Shown: positions 25,933-36,793 of the stretch, piece after piece
Numbering within the stretch: position 1 is the stretch's first letter
How the letters are laid out: each line of letters begins with the position of its first letter
Virus record (IMG/VR): IMGVR_UViG_3300017991_000012
Span: 16,108 to 80,107 of that record
DNA length: 64,000 bases
Source of the DNA: a virus
Strand: one strand, 5' to 3'
The notes under the pieces: generated by a model
Seen by the model: the letters and a program-made list of their open reading frames with translations, nothing else
Databases searched by the model: none
What the model was told of the DNA's origin: nothing
Translations under genes and position numbers: made by a program

Positions 25933-27258
25933 CTACTCCGTGTCTACTTCAAAGTCCACATACATTCTGGCCAGCGCACTGGTCACCGGCTTCTGTCCTG
26001 CGGGAATGTAAAACCGCTCCCACACACAGTATACGTCTGATGCCGCCAGGTTGCCGATGCTCAGCGCATCGGTCGTGTTCATCGGCGTCGTAAATGTCAC
26101 GCCGCTCGGCGCCGTGCTTTCGGTAGCCGGATCCTCGAACAGCTGCAGGTCCGGGCTGCCCATGTTCAGCGGCGCGTCCAGGCCAATATCCATCCACGGG
26201 CATGGAATGATATTGTCGCCTGCATTCCAGGCCGCAGCCGTGTACCCACGCATTCCGCCTGCTGGGTTCATCACGCTGTATTCGTTGCCGCTCTTGTTGT
26301 AGCAGTACCTGATGTCTTGCACCGTACCAGCGCCATCGATCTTCGCAATCCAACCGCTGTCCGGCCAGTTCGTGGCGTCCGTCACCTCCAACGTATCTGC
26401 ACCCGTCCCGATTCCGCCAGGACTACCGCTTGCCACGGTGCTGGCAACCGCGCCGTCGTCAGCATACGGATTCGGCAGGTAGCACTTGAGATCGTACAGG
26501 CTGCCACTTGCATGAACGTTGATCAGGCCAACTGGCCTGTAGATCGTGATCCCGCTCTCGGCCTCGGTGCCGGTTATCGGGCTGACGAACACGCCCAATG
26601 GCCTGGTCAGAACAATCGTGTCGCTCTGATCGCTGCCAGGGAAGGCACTGGCGTTGCGCTTCATCACGCAGTACTTGCTGGTGTTCGACTGTCCGGTGCC
26701 GCCGCCGACAAGCGTGAACTCCTCGTCCGTACTCAGGTTCGTTATGTCTACTCGCGCACCCTCGGTGCCGCCAGGTGGCGTCCATGTAGCTTCGATCGTG
26801 GCCGGACTACCTGAGCCGACATAGATCTTCAGCGTTCCGCTGCCTTCGTCGTTGATCATGTTGATGTTGATGAACTCGATGCCGGTGCAGTTCGTCGGCG
26901 TCAGATCCCAATCGTTCGGCACCATGCCGGGAATGCGCTGGTCGCCGATGAACTTGCCGCCGCGTAAGAGCGTGAACTTATCGCCGGCCACCACATCATT
27001 CGGCAACGCATCATCTACCGTGATCGTGGTCGTGCCGTCTGTGTAGCTGTTGACCCAGCTCCATTGATTGGCGTCTGCATTGTCGCCAACGTCCCAGCGC
27101 ATGAGACCGCCTTCCATGTTGGTCTTGCCGCTGAGCGCAGCGCAGATAGCCGTCCTCGCACTTCCACCGCTGCACGTGTATTGCGTTGGTGTGCCGCCGC
27201 TTTCGGTCAGGTCCTTGTCCAGGTAGCGGAGCACAAGGTCAGATACTGTCGCTCCCAT
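25933..27258 (-). CDS. minor tail protein
   Basis: Gly/Thr/Asp-rich beta protein in the tail module. Confidence 0.65.
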   Translation of the reverse strand: MGATVSDLVLRYLDKDLTESGGTPTQYTCSGGSARTAICAALSGKTNMEGGLMRWDVGDNADANQWSWVNSYTDGTTTITVDDALPNDVVAGDKFTLLRGGKFIGDQRIPGMVPNDWDLTPTNCTGIEFININMINDEGSGTLKIYVGSGSPATIEATWTPPGGTEGARVDITNLSTDEEFTLVGGGTGQSNTSKYCVMKRNASAFPGSDQSDTIVLTRPLGVFVSPITGTEAESGITIYRPVGLINVHASGSLYDLKCYLPNPYADDGAVASTVASGSPGGIGTGADTLEVTDATNWPDSGWIAKIDGAGTVQDIRYCYNKSGNEYSVMNPAGGMRGYTAAAWNAGDNIIPCPWMDIGLDAPLNMGSPDLQLFEDPATESTAPSGVTFTTPMNTTDALSIGNLAASDVYCVWERFYIPAGQKPVTSALARMYVDFEVDTE

Positions 27259-27268
27259 TTTCTTCTCC

Positions 27269-27841
27269 TTACGTTGTCAACGTCAGCTTCAGGCTCGCAC
27301 CGTCAAGCTCCATAACCGCATTCGCTACCAGGCTTGGAAGCCCGGTCAGCAGCCTCGGCCATGGATCCTTGGTGCTTTGCGCCCCACTATCCTTCCTGGC
27401 CTCGACCTTGAACCAGTAATAGATGCCGCCCCATCTCTCGACATCTCTTCCCATGATCCTGCTGTAGTACGTCGTCAGCGGCTCGTTCTCGACCGTCAGC
27501 AGCCTGGTGTACACTGTCTCGCCGGCCTGGCGATAGTAGATCCTGTACCTGTCTGCGTCCGAGACCGGCGCCCAGTAGATGAACGGCTTATCTTCATGCG
27601 GATCCTCAACTGCCTCGACGGTCACGCCGCTATCGACCTCATGCAGTTCTATGTGCGTTACGTCATCACCGGCAATAGGCACGTCCATTGTCTTGCTCGT
27701 GCTCGTGTGCGTAACCGGCCCGGCATAGTAAGTGCCATCGATGAACACCCACGCCAGCTTGTCCACATCGCCAGTCCAGGCAATCCGGATCAAGCTCGCG
27801 CTGATGTACGTGTACGTGATATTGCTTCGCAGGATTCTCAC
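27269..27841 (-). CDS. minor tail protein (FN3-like)
   Basis: WAPVSDADRYRIYY...YWFKVEA. Confidence 0.6.
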   Translation of the reverse strand: MRILRSNITYTYISASLIRIAWTGDVDKLAWVFIDGTYYAGPVTHTSTSKTMDVPIAGDDVTHIELHEVDSGVTVEAVEDPHEDKPFIYWAPVSDADRYRIYYRQAGETVYTRLLTVENEPLTTYYSRIMGRDVERWGGIYYWFKVEARKDSGAQSTKDPWPRLLTGLPSLVANAVMELDGASLKLTLTT

Positions 27842-28203
27842 TTCTGCTTTCTCTTTTCCGCCAGCACGGCCGCAAGTCGTTTTGCTTCCGCGACCATTGC
27901 CTTGTTCGGGTTCTTGCCAAGGAACTCCTTGCTCAGCTCGATGAAGCGTTTGCAGAACAGATCCATCTTATGGCAGGCCCTGGCATGGGCCGGGTCCTTC
28001 TTGCCCTTACCGTAATTATCCGGCACCGTCTTTTCAACCCAGCTGAATGACTGCAGCGCATACGGCAGGAACTTCGCAAAGCGCTTCTTGGTCTTGTCGC
28101 ATGCGAACGCCTGCAGCAGTGCCTTGAGAATCAGAATCAGGCACAGCAGAATCACCGCGCCAGCGCTCAGTCCTTCCGGCGTCAGTAGTTGTTCAAATTC
28201 CAT
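27838..28203 (-). CDS. membrane protein, LL-H-type holin-like
   Basis: N-terminal TM; A...F.WVEK...K...; AAGGAG RBS at MEFEQ. Confidence 0.45.
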   Translation of the reverse strand: MEFEQLLTPEGLSAGAVILLCLILILKALLQAFACDKTKKRFAKFLPYALQSFSWVEKTVPDNYGKGKKDPAHARACHKMDLFCKRFIELSKEFLGKNPNKAMVAEAKRLAAVLAEKRKQK

Positions 28204-28213
28204 CTCGTTCTCC

Positions 28214-29761
28214 TTAGCTTGGCGTGTAACCTTCCCACGGCCACCAATGCGGAATGTTCGACTGATAGACAAATGGGCATGCGATATCAGCATGAAAATA
28301 CCAGCTGCTGCCATCGCCGTTCTTGTCCCACATGCGAGCGTCAACCCCTGCTGGCAAATCTGGACGGACCTGAATGATGCGGTCCATCTGGTCTGCAAAC
28401 AGCGTGCGTTTGTTTCCAGTCATTCCGCTGTTTGTCCATTTCACAGTCCAGCTCAAGCCAGCATCATCGCTGTATTGTAGCTGCGCGGAATTCGATGCAT
28501 TATATACGGAAATCCACACCCTGTCCTTCAGGGCAAGCGGTCCACCGATCCATCCGTATGAGCCCCAGTCACTTGTCTTGTCTGCGATACTACTGTTTGT
28601 GACGAAGTATCTCCCGGCAGCACCACCGACTACGGCTGTCGTCCTCAGATAGGCATATACAGTGCTATCCGCCTGCGGCCAATGTGATTTCCATTGAATG
28701 ATACGAACTCCTGTTTGCGTTGTCGGATTGCCATCTTCATCCTCGTCAGCTTCGCCGATTGTAGTCAGCGACCAGCTGCTGCCGCCATTGCTGCTCTGCA
28801 GAATGCCGTAGATAAGTTTGTCAAGATCGGTTCCCGCATTTGATCCATGCCACCATAGCGTCACGCCTGCCGTTAACACCTGTCCGCTTTTGCTCACGCC
28901 CCAACCATGGATGTTGTACCTTTCATTTTGTCCATAGTCACCATACCAGTCCGGCCTATTACTGCTCAGCTCAGACAAGATCGCACTGTGAGCCAGGCTC
29001 GTCCACGTCCCATCAGGCGTATCTGCGCTTATGATGTCGACGGAGTAATTGCAGTTCGCTCCGTAATCGCTTGAATAGTATCTGACCAGCACGCTTGCAT
29101 AGTACTTCAGATCAGACCCTCGCATATCCACGCCACAGTAGTCAGAGATTGTTCCATAGAAGTACGTGTTGTACCCTGATTCAGGCAGTCCGCTTATGCT
29201 GTGTTCCGTCCAGGTCTGCCCCTTATCGCTTGTGAACCTCACGCTTGGATGCGTGCTCAGGTAGTCATATAGCGTAGGGGTCTCATCGAAAGGACTGCTT
29301 CCAACAAGACAGAAATTTGCGGCCGAGTCACTTACACCATCAGACCATGGCGTGCTGTTTCCTATCTTGTTCGTTCCTCCATTGCTTCTTCTTAAATCGT
29401 CAATGCAGTTGTACAGCGTTCCAGGGTGACTCGACAGATCATTTATCACAAAGTCATAATTAGGCGCCCAATTGACTCTGAACGGCGCCTTGTCGATCGG
29501 ATAGGTCTCTGTCGGAATCACTTTGGCCTCGACAATGTACTGACTGTCTGCTTCGGTCGCATCTAAAAATACATTCATGAATCCAAGCAGATCGGACTCT
29601 TCAACCTTGACAGCGATTCCTTTTGTCCCTCCATATCCTATGGCTGGATAGAGCCTGTACAGCGTTGTCACGTCCCCGACCTTGACCGGGATCGCAAGAT
29701 CGTCCTCGATCAGCGTCGGCAGCCGCACAGTATTTTCCCAGTCGGTATAATATCCCATCAC
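28214..29761 (-). CDS. tail protein with Asp-box (BNR/sialidase-like) repeats
   Basis: TSDKGQTW, SSNGGSSW and SDDAGLSW. Confidence 0.7.
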   Translation of the reverse strand: MMGYYTDWENTVRLPTLIEDDLAIPVKVGDVTTLYRLYPAIGYGGTKGIAVKVEESDLLGFMNVFLDATEADSQYIVEAKVIPTETYPIDKAPFRVNWAPNYDFVINDLSSHPGTLYNCIDDLRRSNGGTNKIGNSTPWSDGVSDSAANFCLVGSSPFDETPTLYDYLSTHPSVRFTSDKGQTWTEHSISGLPESGYNTYFYGTISDYCGVDMRGSDLKYYASVLVRYYSSDYGANCNYSVDIISADTPDGTWTSLAHSAILSELSSNRPDWYGDYGQNERYNIHGWGVSKSGQVLTAGVTLWWHGSNAGTDLDKLIYGILQSSNGGSSWSLTTIGEADEDEDGNPTTQTGVRIIQWKSHWPQADSTVYAYLRTTAVVGGAAGRYFVTNSSIADKTSDWGSYGWIGGPLALKDRVWISVYNASNSAQLQYSDDAGLSWTVKWTNSGMTGNKRTLFADQMDRIIQVRPDLPAGVDARMWDKNGDGSSWYFHADIACPFVYQSNIPHWWPWEGYTPS

Positions 29762-32223
29762 GTGACTCTCACGAATTGAACCAGGTCGCCACTTGCAGTT
29801 CCATCGGCTTTTGATTTGTATGCATAGACATACTGGCTCGTCGTGTAGCTGATCACATACAGTTGCGGAACTCCGCCTCCGGCCGTCCGGATGATCATCG
29901 CAATGTGATCACTGTCCTTATCCGTTCCCATGTACGCGAGAACTGTGAAGCCAGTCTTGTCCTTGACGTACAGGTCCTCACCATCTTCGGTTCCGACCGT
30001 ATCTCCAGGCTCGACCGCTGCGCTTACCTTGGCAATGAACGGATCATAGCTAAAGTCCAGCATTCCAGGCTGGCTGTCCTCGTCCGCGCTTCCTATGCCT
30101 TGATATGGAACATTGAACGCAAGTTCGCTGTTGTCCTCGTTCGGCTTCCTGGCCTGGACAACACCGTCTTTGACTCCACTGCTTTCCGCGCTCGTATCCA
30201 CGACAAGTGGCTTGCCGCCAGTGATAACAGAGTTCTTCTCGGAAGCCTGGCTCAGTTGTGCCGTCACTCCCTGCTCGGCCTGTGCGCTTGTCTTGCGATC
30301 CTCGCCGCTGCTCATGGCCGTGCTCGCGCCAGCGCCTGTGCCTTTCTTGTTGTCGCTGTTCAGGCTCGCCGGCTTGCTGATGTTCTGGTTCCACTGATTA
30401 TCCTGCGCACCGAAATGGTGGCTTTCCATCGTCACCTCAACCGTGTGATCGGTCAGGACCTTTGCCAGATCGATGCTCTTCACCGCGCCGTCTGCCACGC
30501 CCACGTTCCATCCCAGCCAGAACGGCAATCGCCTCGTCCAGCTCGTCTGCATCCATTCGAAGCTGCCGCTGACCTTCGCCCGACAGTAGAAGTCGCGGTA
30601 CATCTGCGCCAGGACTTCCATGTCCTCCGTATCGTCCCAGATCAGCGCCTCTTCGCCGTCTTCATTCAATCCGTAATACTTCACGTAATTGACGAAGATT
30701 TCCTTCGTGCCAGTACCTTTTCCGTCCTTGGCCTCCAGCTCATACTCAAGCTCACTTGTGATCGCAGGATATGTCACGCGGAGAACATCGTCGCTGTCAG
30801 TCGGATCTGCGCTGCCGCCTTTTTCGTGGCCAATCTCCCGATACAGCGTCAGCTTGTAGTTGCGCCTTGTGCGGTTTGGCTCGATCACCTGCCTGACAGC
30901 CATCGGCTGCTTGGTCCAGAATACGCAGTACTGATCGTCGTCGATCTCGACGTTCGTGAACTTGCTGGCCTCGCCGTAGTCTACGATCACGTTCTGCGTC
31001 TTGGTCTGGCCTTCGTTATCCGGGTCGGGCACGGTCTCCAGCTTCGGCCTCAGAACTTTCGTGGCGTCAATGTAGTGCGGCGTGCTATTATCGACCTCCT
31101 TGTCTTCATCCCATTCCGTGTTGTACGCACGCTGATGAAAGTCGGCTCGGTAGAACTCATACGCCGGCCCGCGGATGACCAGCACCTTCCCCATGTCGCC
31201 AATGATGTCGACCTTGCCATCGTCGTTCAGCTCGATGTCATCCGGATCATCGTCGGTCGTATCGCGCTCGCCGATCTTGCGCAGCAGGTGCGGGAAGATC
31301 CTGTACTGCAGTTTGTACTTCGCATACCGCTCGGCCTGCGTCTGGGGATCGTACGCAACTCCCGGATCTTCGTTATCGATCAACCCCGGCCTTTTGTCCA
31401 GCCCAAGGTCCGCAGACGGATAGTCGCCTGCATCGACGTCAGTCTGGCGCACGACCTGTCGCCAGATCTTTTCCGGACTCTCAGTACGTTCGTGCACCTC
31501 GCCCCAGGCCTTGATCTTGACCTTGTTGTATTTCTGACTGCTGTCGGTCGTGATCTGCACGCTCTTGTTATCGGCATAGCCTCTGAAGTCTACCTCGAAA
31601 GTCGTGTTGCTGAACTCGGCTGCATTCAGGATCTTGATCACCTTGTCACCGCTGTTGCTCACATGCCCGTAGAATACCAGCGCCGGGTTGAACGCCAGGA
31701 CCTCGCGCACGACCTGCAGCTGGTTCTTGCCGCCCGGCTTGTAGTTCGGAGGCTGGAATTCGTACGGATACTTGCCTTCGACCTGGTTCAGCTCATCCCA
31801 GTCAAACGTGAAGTCAGCATCCGCGAACTCGCGCTCCAGAATCTGCCTGATGTTTCGCTTCTGCGTGCTCTTGTCGATGACATTCGCCGCCGGCACGTTG
31901 TAGGCATCAATCTGCCGATCGTGATTCTCTCGCTCAAGCTCGTGCAGGAAGTCGTATGCGGTGTACGTCACCTGCTCGCCGCCAAGATTTTCCGGAATGA
32001 TGTAGATCTTGCCCCTGAATGTGCGCTTGCATACCGTGCATTCGATCTCTTCCTCCAGCTCGAACATGTGCGGATTGTCTTCAACCTGTCCCTCTTCGTC
32101 CAGTAGCGTTCCGTCAAACGTGTCGTACGCCGCCTGGAAGGTGAAGACCGCCTTCTGGTTATAGGTCCAGCGCATGGTCTGGATCGTGATATGGTTCGCG
32201 CTCGGATAGATTCTTGTCGCCAT
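29758..32223 (-). CDS. tail tip/baseplate hub protein
   Basis: Large ORF two genes after the tape measure. Confidence 0.6.
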   Translation of the reverse strand: MATRIYPSANHITIQTMRWTYNQKAVFTFQAAYDTFDGTLLDEEGQVEDNPHMFELEEEIECTVCKRTFRGKIYIIPENLGGEQVTYTAYDFLHELERENHDRQIDAYNVPAANVIDKSTQKRNIRQILEREFADADFTFDWDELNQVEGKYPYEFQPPNYKPGGKNQLQVVREVLAFNPALVFYGHVSNSGDKVIKILNAAEFSNTTFEVDFRGYADNKSVQITTDSSQKYNKVKIKAWGEVHERTESPEKIWRQVVRQTDVDAGDYPSADLGLDKRPGLIDNEDPGVAYDPQTQAERYAKYKLQYRIFPHLLRKIGERDTTDDDPDDIELNDDGKVDIIGDMGKVLVIRGPAYEFYRADFHQRAYNTEWDEDKEVDNSTPHYIDATKVLRPKLETVPDPDNEGQTKTQNVIVDYGEASKFTNVEIDDDQYCVFWTKQPMAVRQVIEPNRTRRNYKLTLYREIGHEKGGSADPTDSDDVLRVTYPAITSELEYELEAKDGKGTGTKEIFVNYVKYYGLNEDGEEALIWDDTEDMEVLAQMYRDFYCRAKVSGSFEWMQTSWTRRLPFWLGWNVGVADGAVKSIDLAKVLTDHTVEVTMESHHFGAQDNQWNQNISKPASLNSDNKKGTGAGASTAMSSGEDRKTSAQAEQGVTAQLSQASEKNSVITGGKPLVVDTSAESSGVKDGVVQARKPNEDNSELAFNVPYQGIGSADEDSQPGMLDFSYDPFIAKVSAAVEPGDTVGTEDGEDLYVKDKTGFTVLAYMGTDKDSDHIAMIIRTAGGGVPQLYVISYTTSQYVYAYKSKADGTASGDLVQFVRVT

Positions 32224-32600
32224 CAGGTCAGTGCCTTCACAAACGTCACCGTCGCCATAGCGCTTTTCCCATCCCCACCGACATTGACATCTATCGACTC
32301 AGGATAGACCGTCGTCAGCGTATCGGTCTCGGTCGTCAAGTTCCCCTGGCTTCCGTTGGGCACGATGTACTTGCGTCCGAAATTCGTGGTCTTGACCACC
32401 ATCGGCCTGAAGCGCAAGTTGGTCAGCAGGTTCTCTATCTGCGCCTCGTACCCGCCCCTGCTCGGTTTGGCCAGGATCAAGTCTATCGACCACCGTCTCA
32501 GGCCATCGCTATCAATCGGATTCGCGAAGCCCTTCTGGTCCACATGTCCGATGTTCACCTGGCTGCCGCCGATCCTTTGCCACTTGACTGTATGCGCCAT
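32223..32600 (-). CDS. distal tail-like protein
   Basis: Immediately after the tape measure. Confidence 0.5.
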   Translation of the reverse strand: MAHTVKWQRIGGSQVNIGHVDQKGFANPIDSDGLRRWSIDLILAKPSRGGYEAQIENLLTNLRFRPMVVKTTNFGRKYIVPNGSQGNLTTETDTLTTVYPESIDVNVGGDGKSAMATVTFVKALT

Positions 32601-32609
32601 TGCCGCTCC

Positions 32610-35408
32610 CTACTGGCTCCGAGTCTCCGTTGCGATAGTCTCAACCGTGTTGCTCAGATTGCCTACGTCTCCCTTCAGCCTCGTAACGTATTCGCGCATC
32701 TGATTCATTCCTTCTACATTCAGCTGCGCTACCTGGCTTGTCAGATCAATGGCCTCGATCGTTGTCCTTACTACGTCGGCTTCTGCGGCAGTCGGACCTG
32801 CAGGTGAAACTGCACCAGACGCACGTACGTATGCTGCGGTTTTTTCTGCCTCTGCCTGCGCTTCCCCAGCTTTTGCCGCGCTTACTCCAGCCTGCACCAC
32901 ACGTGCAGCAGCTTGTGTCGCAGCCGGAACCGCTGTTCCGGCCTGTACTGCCTTCGCCTGATCTTCCGTCAATTTCGGAAATGCGAAGCCTGCGCCCACT
33001 TGCTTCAGTCCTCCACGCGCCGTGACTAGAGTCTTTTCCAATTCCTTCGCAGGACACACTTCTTTAAGGGCATTCGCCATCACTCTAGTCGTCGCTTCGG
33101 CTTTTTTGAAGTCCTTATCTACCTGCTTGCCGCCAGCAGTGAGATTCTTTTTCGACTTATCGGTTGCTTTTGCAGCTTCCTCAGCCTGGCGCCGCTGTTC
33201 TTTTGACGCATCCAGTGCCGCCTGGTACTGGCCCTTGGCAAGATTCGTCTCTGCCTCGATCTCACGCAACCGCGCCAGATGTTCAGCCCTTCTGCCTGTG
33301 CCACCTTCTGTGCCGCGTAGTGCGGCGATCGTAGCAACCCGTTCTTTTTCCAGCCGATCCAGCGTGTCCTTGTGCTCTGCCGCTCGTGCCTGCTGCCTGG
33401 CCACAGCTTCCTTTTCGATCGCATCCAGCCTGGCTTGCTTGTCTGATTCAAGAAATCTCTGGCTCTGCTCCTGCGCAGACCTCAGCTTCTGTAGGTCACG
33501 CTGGTACTCATCGGTGTCAATCAGATGCAGCGCATATTGAACATCGAGGAATTCTTCCTGAATTCCCTGCCAGATATTCAGAATGAACTTGGCCACCGCA
33601 CCCATCGCCCTCTCCCATATGCTCTGGAAGCTGGCCGCGATGTCGATCCATACGTCTTCTACCGAATTGCCCACATCCTGCCAGATGCCAAGGAAGGATG
33701 CCTTCAAATCTATCAGCAGCCCCGCAACATCCTCCACGGCAGTTCTGAACAGCTCAGAGCACTGAAAGGTGAAGATCTCCCACTGGCTTTTCAGGTAAGC
33801 AATGGCCTTGGCCCAGACCAGCCTCAGGCCGCTTGTGGCCACCTGAAACGCCAGTTCCAAATCGCCGGCAACAAACGCATCTGCAATCCCTCCAAACGCC
33901 TCCTTGATCGCGTCACCCATGGTCTTGAACGCACCGCTGACGGTATCGGTTACAGCAGGAATCCTTGCCAGCAGCGTGCCCGCCGCCACCAGGCCCGCGA
34001 CCATGATCCCAAGCGGACTGATGACAAGCGCGATCGCGCCTCCAATCGCTGCAATCGCTGTCGAGAATCCGCTTAGTGCCACGCCAAGGACAAAGAGCGT
34101 TGTCCCGACGCCGACCAGTGCAGCTCCAAGAGCACCGACTGCGGTCACGATAATTCCGATGCTTTTCGCCGCACCTTCGTTCTCTTTGACCCACTTCTCG
34201 ATTCCGGTCAGAAACTGATTTATTTGCTTCACGCCTGGCGCAAGCATCTCTCCCATAGCCAGGCTTATCCTGTCAATGATGTTGCCGACCTTCTGCATCG
34301 CAAGCTGAACCTGCGGGCCGAACATCTCGTCCATGATCTTCGCCATCTCTTCTGCAGTTTTGATTCCATCCTCTCTTGCCTTGATAAGTGACTTCTCTCC
34401 GCTTGTCACCGCATCCAACTGCGTACGCAGGATGTCGAATACCTTTCTTCCTTTGACGCCAAACAACTCGGTCAGCAGAATCAGCTCTGCCTGATCGCCT
34501 TTAGCGCCGGCATAACCTTCTCTTGCGGCTTTTACAGCCTTCTCAACCTCACCAATCAGAGCCGGCATTTCTTTGATCCTGCCACCTTCGCCAACAAACG
34601 TCAGACCTGCAAAGGCCTTGTTCGTCTTTGCCAGCTGTTTGAATTTCTTTTCGACATTACCTGCCTGCAAGTCGAGAGTACGCAGCGCAGTACCAGCTTC
34701 AGCTCCGCCGATCTGCTGTCCAAGCACGCCAGCGATTGCAATGACTTCCTCAAACCTTCTTCCTACTCCAAACGCCGTCGCTCCGGCGTTTTCCCAAAAA
34801 GCCTGGATCTTCGGACCATCCAGCTTGAACTGCTTTACTCCCTGCGCGATGACGCCAGCAAACTGATCGCCGAATTCCTGCGCATCTATGCCGCGTCCAA
34901 AGGTAGCCTGAACCGTAGTATAGAGATCTGCGATCTGGTCAGAGCTTGCCTTTGTCGCCTTGGCCACGGTCGCGCTCATCTTTGCCAGGTCGGCGACCGC
35001 AGTCGAGCTTAGGTCTGACATTGCCGATCTGATCGAATACGCGCCGTCGATGATCTCTTTCGCGCCAACACCGGCAAAGGTGCTGCTCATTTCCAACGCC
35101 GCTTCTTGAATTTCTTTCGCCGCCGCTCTCGCGCCTTCCTGTCCAAGATCTATGTACAGGCTTTTCAGCTGTCCCAGACTGCGCTGTATATCGAAGCTGC
35201 TCCTGGCTACCAGCGTTGCCGCGCCAGCCATTGCTCCGCCGATCAGGCCAATGCTTCTTCCAATCTGCTTCAGCGAGTTCGCCGCAGCCGTCATCCGCCG
35301 CGTCATTCCGGTCGTGAATTGCTTTGCAGCATTGGACACCGTTCGCATGGCATTCAATGCCGGTGCTGGATTCAGCGTGATTTCGCCCGCAAGACTTTCT
35401 TCAGTCAT
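32610..35408 (-). CDS. tail tape measure protein (TP901-like core)
   Basis: Ala/Gly-rich helical 932 aa; GAEAGTALR, LFG and central hydrophobic stretch. Confidence 0.92.
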   Translation of the reverse strand: MTEESLAGEITLNPAPALNAMRTVSNAAKQFTTGMTRRMTAAANSLKQIGRSIGLIGGAMAGAATLVARSSFDIQRSLGQLKSLYIDLGQEGARAAAKEIQEAALEMSSTFAGVGAKEIIDGAYSIRSAMSDLSSTAVADLAKMSATVAKATKASSDQIADLYTTVQATFGRGIDAQEFGDQFAGVIAQGVKQFKLDGPKIQAFWENAGATAFGVGRRFEEVIAIAGVLGQQIGGAEAGTALRTLDLQAGNVEKKFKQLAKTNKAFAGLTFVGEGGRIKEMPALIGEVEKAVKAAREGYAGAKGDQAELILLTELFGVKGRKVFDILRTQLDAVTSGEKSLIKAREDGIKTAEEMAKIMDEMFGPQVQLAMQKVGNIIDRISLAMGEMLAPGVKQINQFLTGIEKWVKENEGAAKSIGIIVTAVGALGAALVGVGTTLFVLGVALSGFSTAIAAIGGAIALVISPLGIMVAGLVAAGTLLARIPAVTDTVSGAFKTMGDAIKEAFGGIADAFVAGDLELAFQVATSGLRLVWAKAIAYLKSQWEIFTFQCSELFRTAVEDVAGLLIDLKASFLGIWQDVGNSVEDVWIDIAASFQSIWERAMGAVAKFILNIWQGIQEEFLDVQYALHLIDTDEYQRDLQKLRSAQEQSQRFLESDKQARLDAIEKEAVARQQARAAEHKDTLDRLEKERVATIAALRGTEGGTGRRAEHLARLREIEAETNLAKGQYQAALDASKEQRRQAEEAAKATDKSKKNLTAGGKQVDKDFKKAEATTRVMANALKEVCPAKELEKTLVTARGGLKQVGAGFAFPKLTEDQAKAVQAGTAVPAATQAAARVVQAGVSAAKAGEAQAEAEKTAAYVRASGAVSPAGPTAAEADVVRTTIEAIDLTSQVAQLNVEGMNQMREYVTRLKGDVGNLSNTVETIATETRSQ

Positions 35409-35409
35409 C

Positions 35410-35745
35410 TTACCTCCTGTTGATCAAGCTCGCGAACCGCATGACCTTATCTTCCGGATCGTCAGCCGACCATCTGTGCTCGCCGGTCTCCGCGCCACGC
35501 TTACTTCCCTTGCGAGCCTTCTTCATGGCCTTGATCGTCATGTACCTGTCCCAGTTGATTTCGTGCAGCAGCGAGACAAGTGTGCCAAGGCGCATCCAGC
35601 TGATCTCTTCTACTGACCAGCTGTATTCTTTGCAGAAGGTGTGGCAGAATCTTGACCATTCGATTCCTTCGTCTTCGTCTTCGACGGGTTCTTGTCCTCC
35701 GTCGGCCCATCCGCCACCACCAGTCCCACTGCTTTGATAAAACCC
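35410..35745 (-). CDS. tail assembly chaperone frameshift extension (gpT-like)
   Basis: -1 frame overlapping the chaperone; FCKEYSWSVEEISWM; G GGT TTT heptamer at 35739-35745. Confidence 0.65.
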   Translation of the reverse strand, partial: GFYQSSGTGGGGWADGGQEPVEDEDEGIEWSRFCHTFCKEYSWSVEEISWMRLGTLVSLLHEINWDRYMTIKAMKKARKGSKRGAETGEHRWSADDPEDKVMRFASLINRR

Positions 35746-36146
35746 CGCAGCTGTTCCGGCGTGGCCTCCACCTGGAAGCACGCCATGAGCATCGCCAGGT
35801 ATCGACGCAGCAGGTTGGGCTTCATCACATCCATCAGTTCGGATCGTACGCTGTTCAGCCTCTTGTTGAGCACCTTCGGATCCATGTACGTCTGTTGCGC
35901 TTCCTTCGAATCGTGCTGGATTACCAGCGCCGCCAGTATCCGCTGGACCTCGGCGAACTTGATGTCCGGAAATCCACCGTCTTTTGTTGCTTGCTCCATC
36001 TCCGTGCTCATCGTCAAGAAGCTCTTTCCCGTGACGTGCTCGACGTACATGATGCCGCGCATGGTGATTGGCGACACGTACAGCTCCACGTCTTCAGCTA
36101 TGGGGATTTTCTCGTTGCCCAGAAACTCACACAGCCGCTTGTCCAT
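35610..36146 (-). CDS. tail assembly chaperone (gpG-like)
   Basis: Between tail tube and tape measure. Confidence 0.75.
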   Translation of the reverse strand: MDKRLCEFLGNEKIPIAEDVELYVSPITMRGIMYVEHVTGKSFLTMSTEMEQATKDGGFPDIKFAEVQRILAALVIQHDSKEAQQTYMDPKVLNKRLNSVRSELMDVMKPNLLRRYLAMLMACFQVEATPEQLRGFIKAVGLVVADGPTEDKNPSKTKTKESNGQDSATPSAKNTAGQ

Positions 36147-36242
36147 GGCTACCCTTTCTTACAACTCCGCCCGGTAGGCCTCAGGGCAGGAGGCACGCAC
36201 CCCCTGCCCCGGCCTTATTTGCTACGCTTGTCGCGTTTGGCA

Positions 36243-36782
36243 TCACGTCCAAGCACTGACCTCGATCTTGATCTTGCCAAACTCATTGCCGCTGTTCGCC
36301 GTGTACTCAAGCGCCGTGACCTCGATGTCGGTATCGCTGAAGTCATCGTTCGGGATTTCAGCGTCACCAGTCGGAGACACGCGGCCTTTCCACACGAACG
36401 CATGCCAGTACTTCCCGTCAGGCCGCTCGTGCTCCAGCCCGACCGTGTAGTACTTGAACACCAGCGAAGAGCCAATGTTCACATCACCATCGGCAGTAGC
36501 CGGCTCGTCCACCTGCAGCAGCACCGACAGGTTCTTCTGCGTCTTCTCGCCGACCGAACACCGCAGGCCGAATTCCTTCGTGATGATCCGCTCCTCAATG
36601 ATGTTCGCGCCTTCCTTGTACTGGATGGTCTCGATGTTGATCGTCACCGCCGCACCACGGGCAGGACCAAGATCGCGACCGCCATTGGCCGTTGTCGGCG
36701 CAGCAACTGCGGTCACCGGAGACCCGCTCAGCTCTGCAACCCACATTCGGCACTTCCCAACAAACATACTTTCTGTTCCCAT
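36243..36782 (-). CDS. major tail tube protein
   Basis: Position, size and DLG...G beta-rich pattern. Confidence 0.75.
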   Translation of the reverse strand: MGTESMFVGKCRMWVAELSGSPVTAVAAPTTANGGRDLGPARGAAVTINIETIQYKEGANIIEERIITKEFGLRCSVGEKTQKNLSVLLQVDEPATADGDVNIGSSLVFKYYTVGLEHERPDGKYWHAFVWKGRVSPTGDAEIPNDDFSDTDIEVTALEYTANSGNEFGKIKIEVSAWT

Positions 36783-36793
36783 AACTCTCTCCT

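Noticed and set aside
23767-29761. Diversity-generating retroelement acting on tail proteins
   Set aside because: No reverse transcriptase or template/variable repeat pair seen
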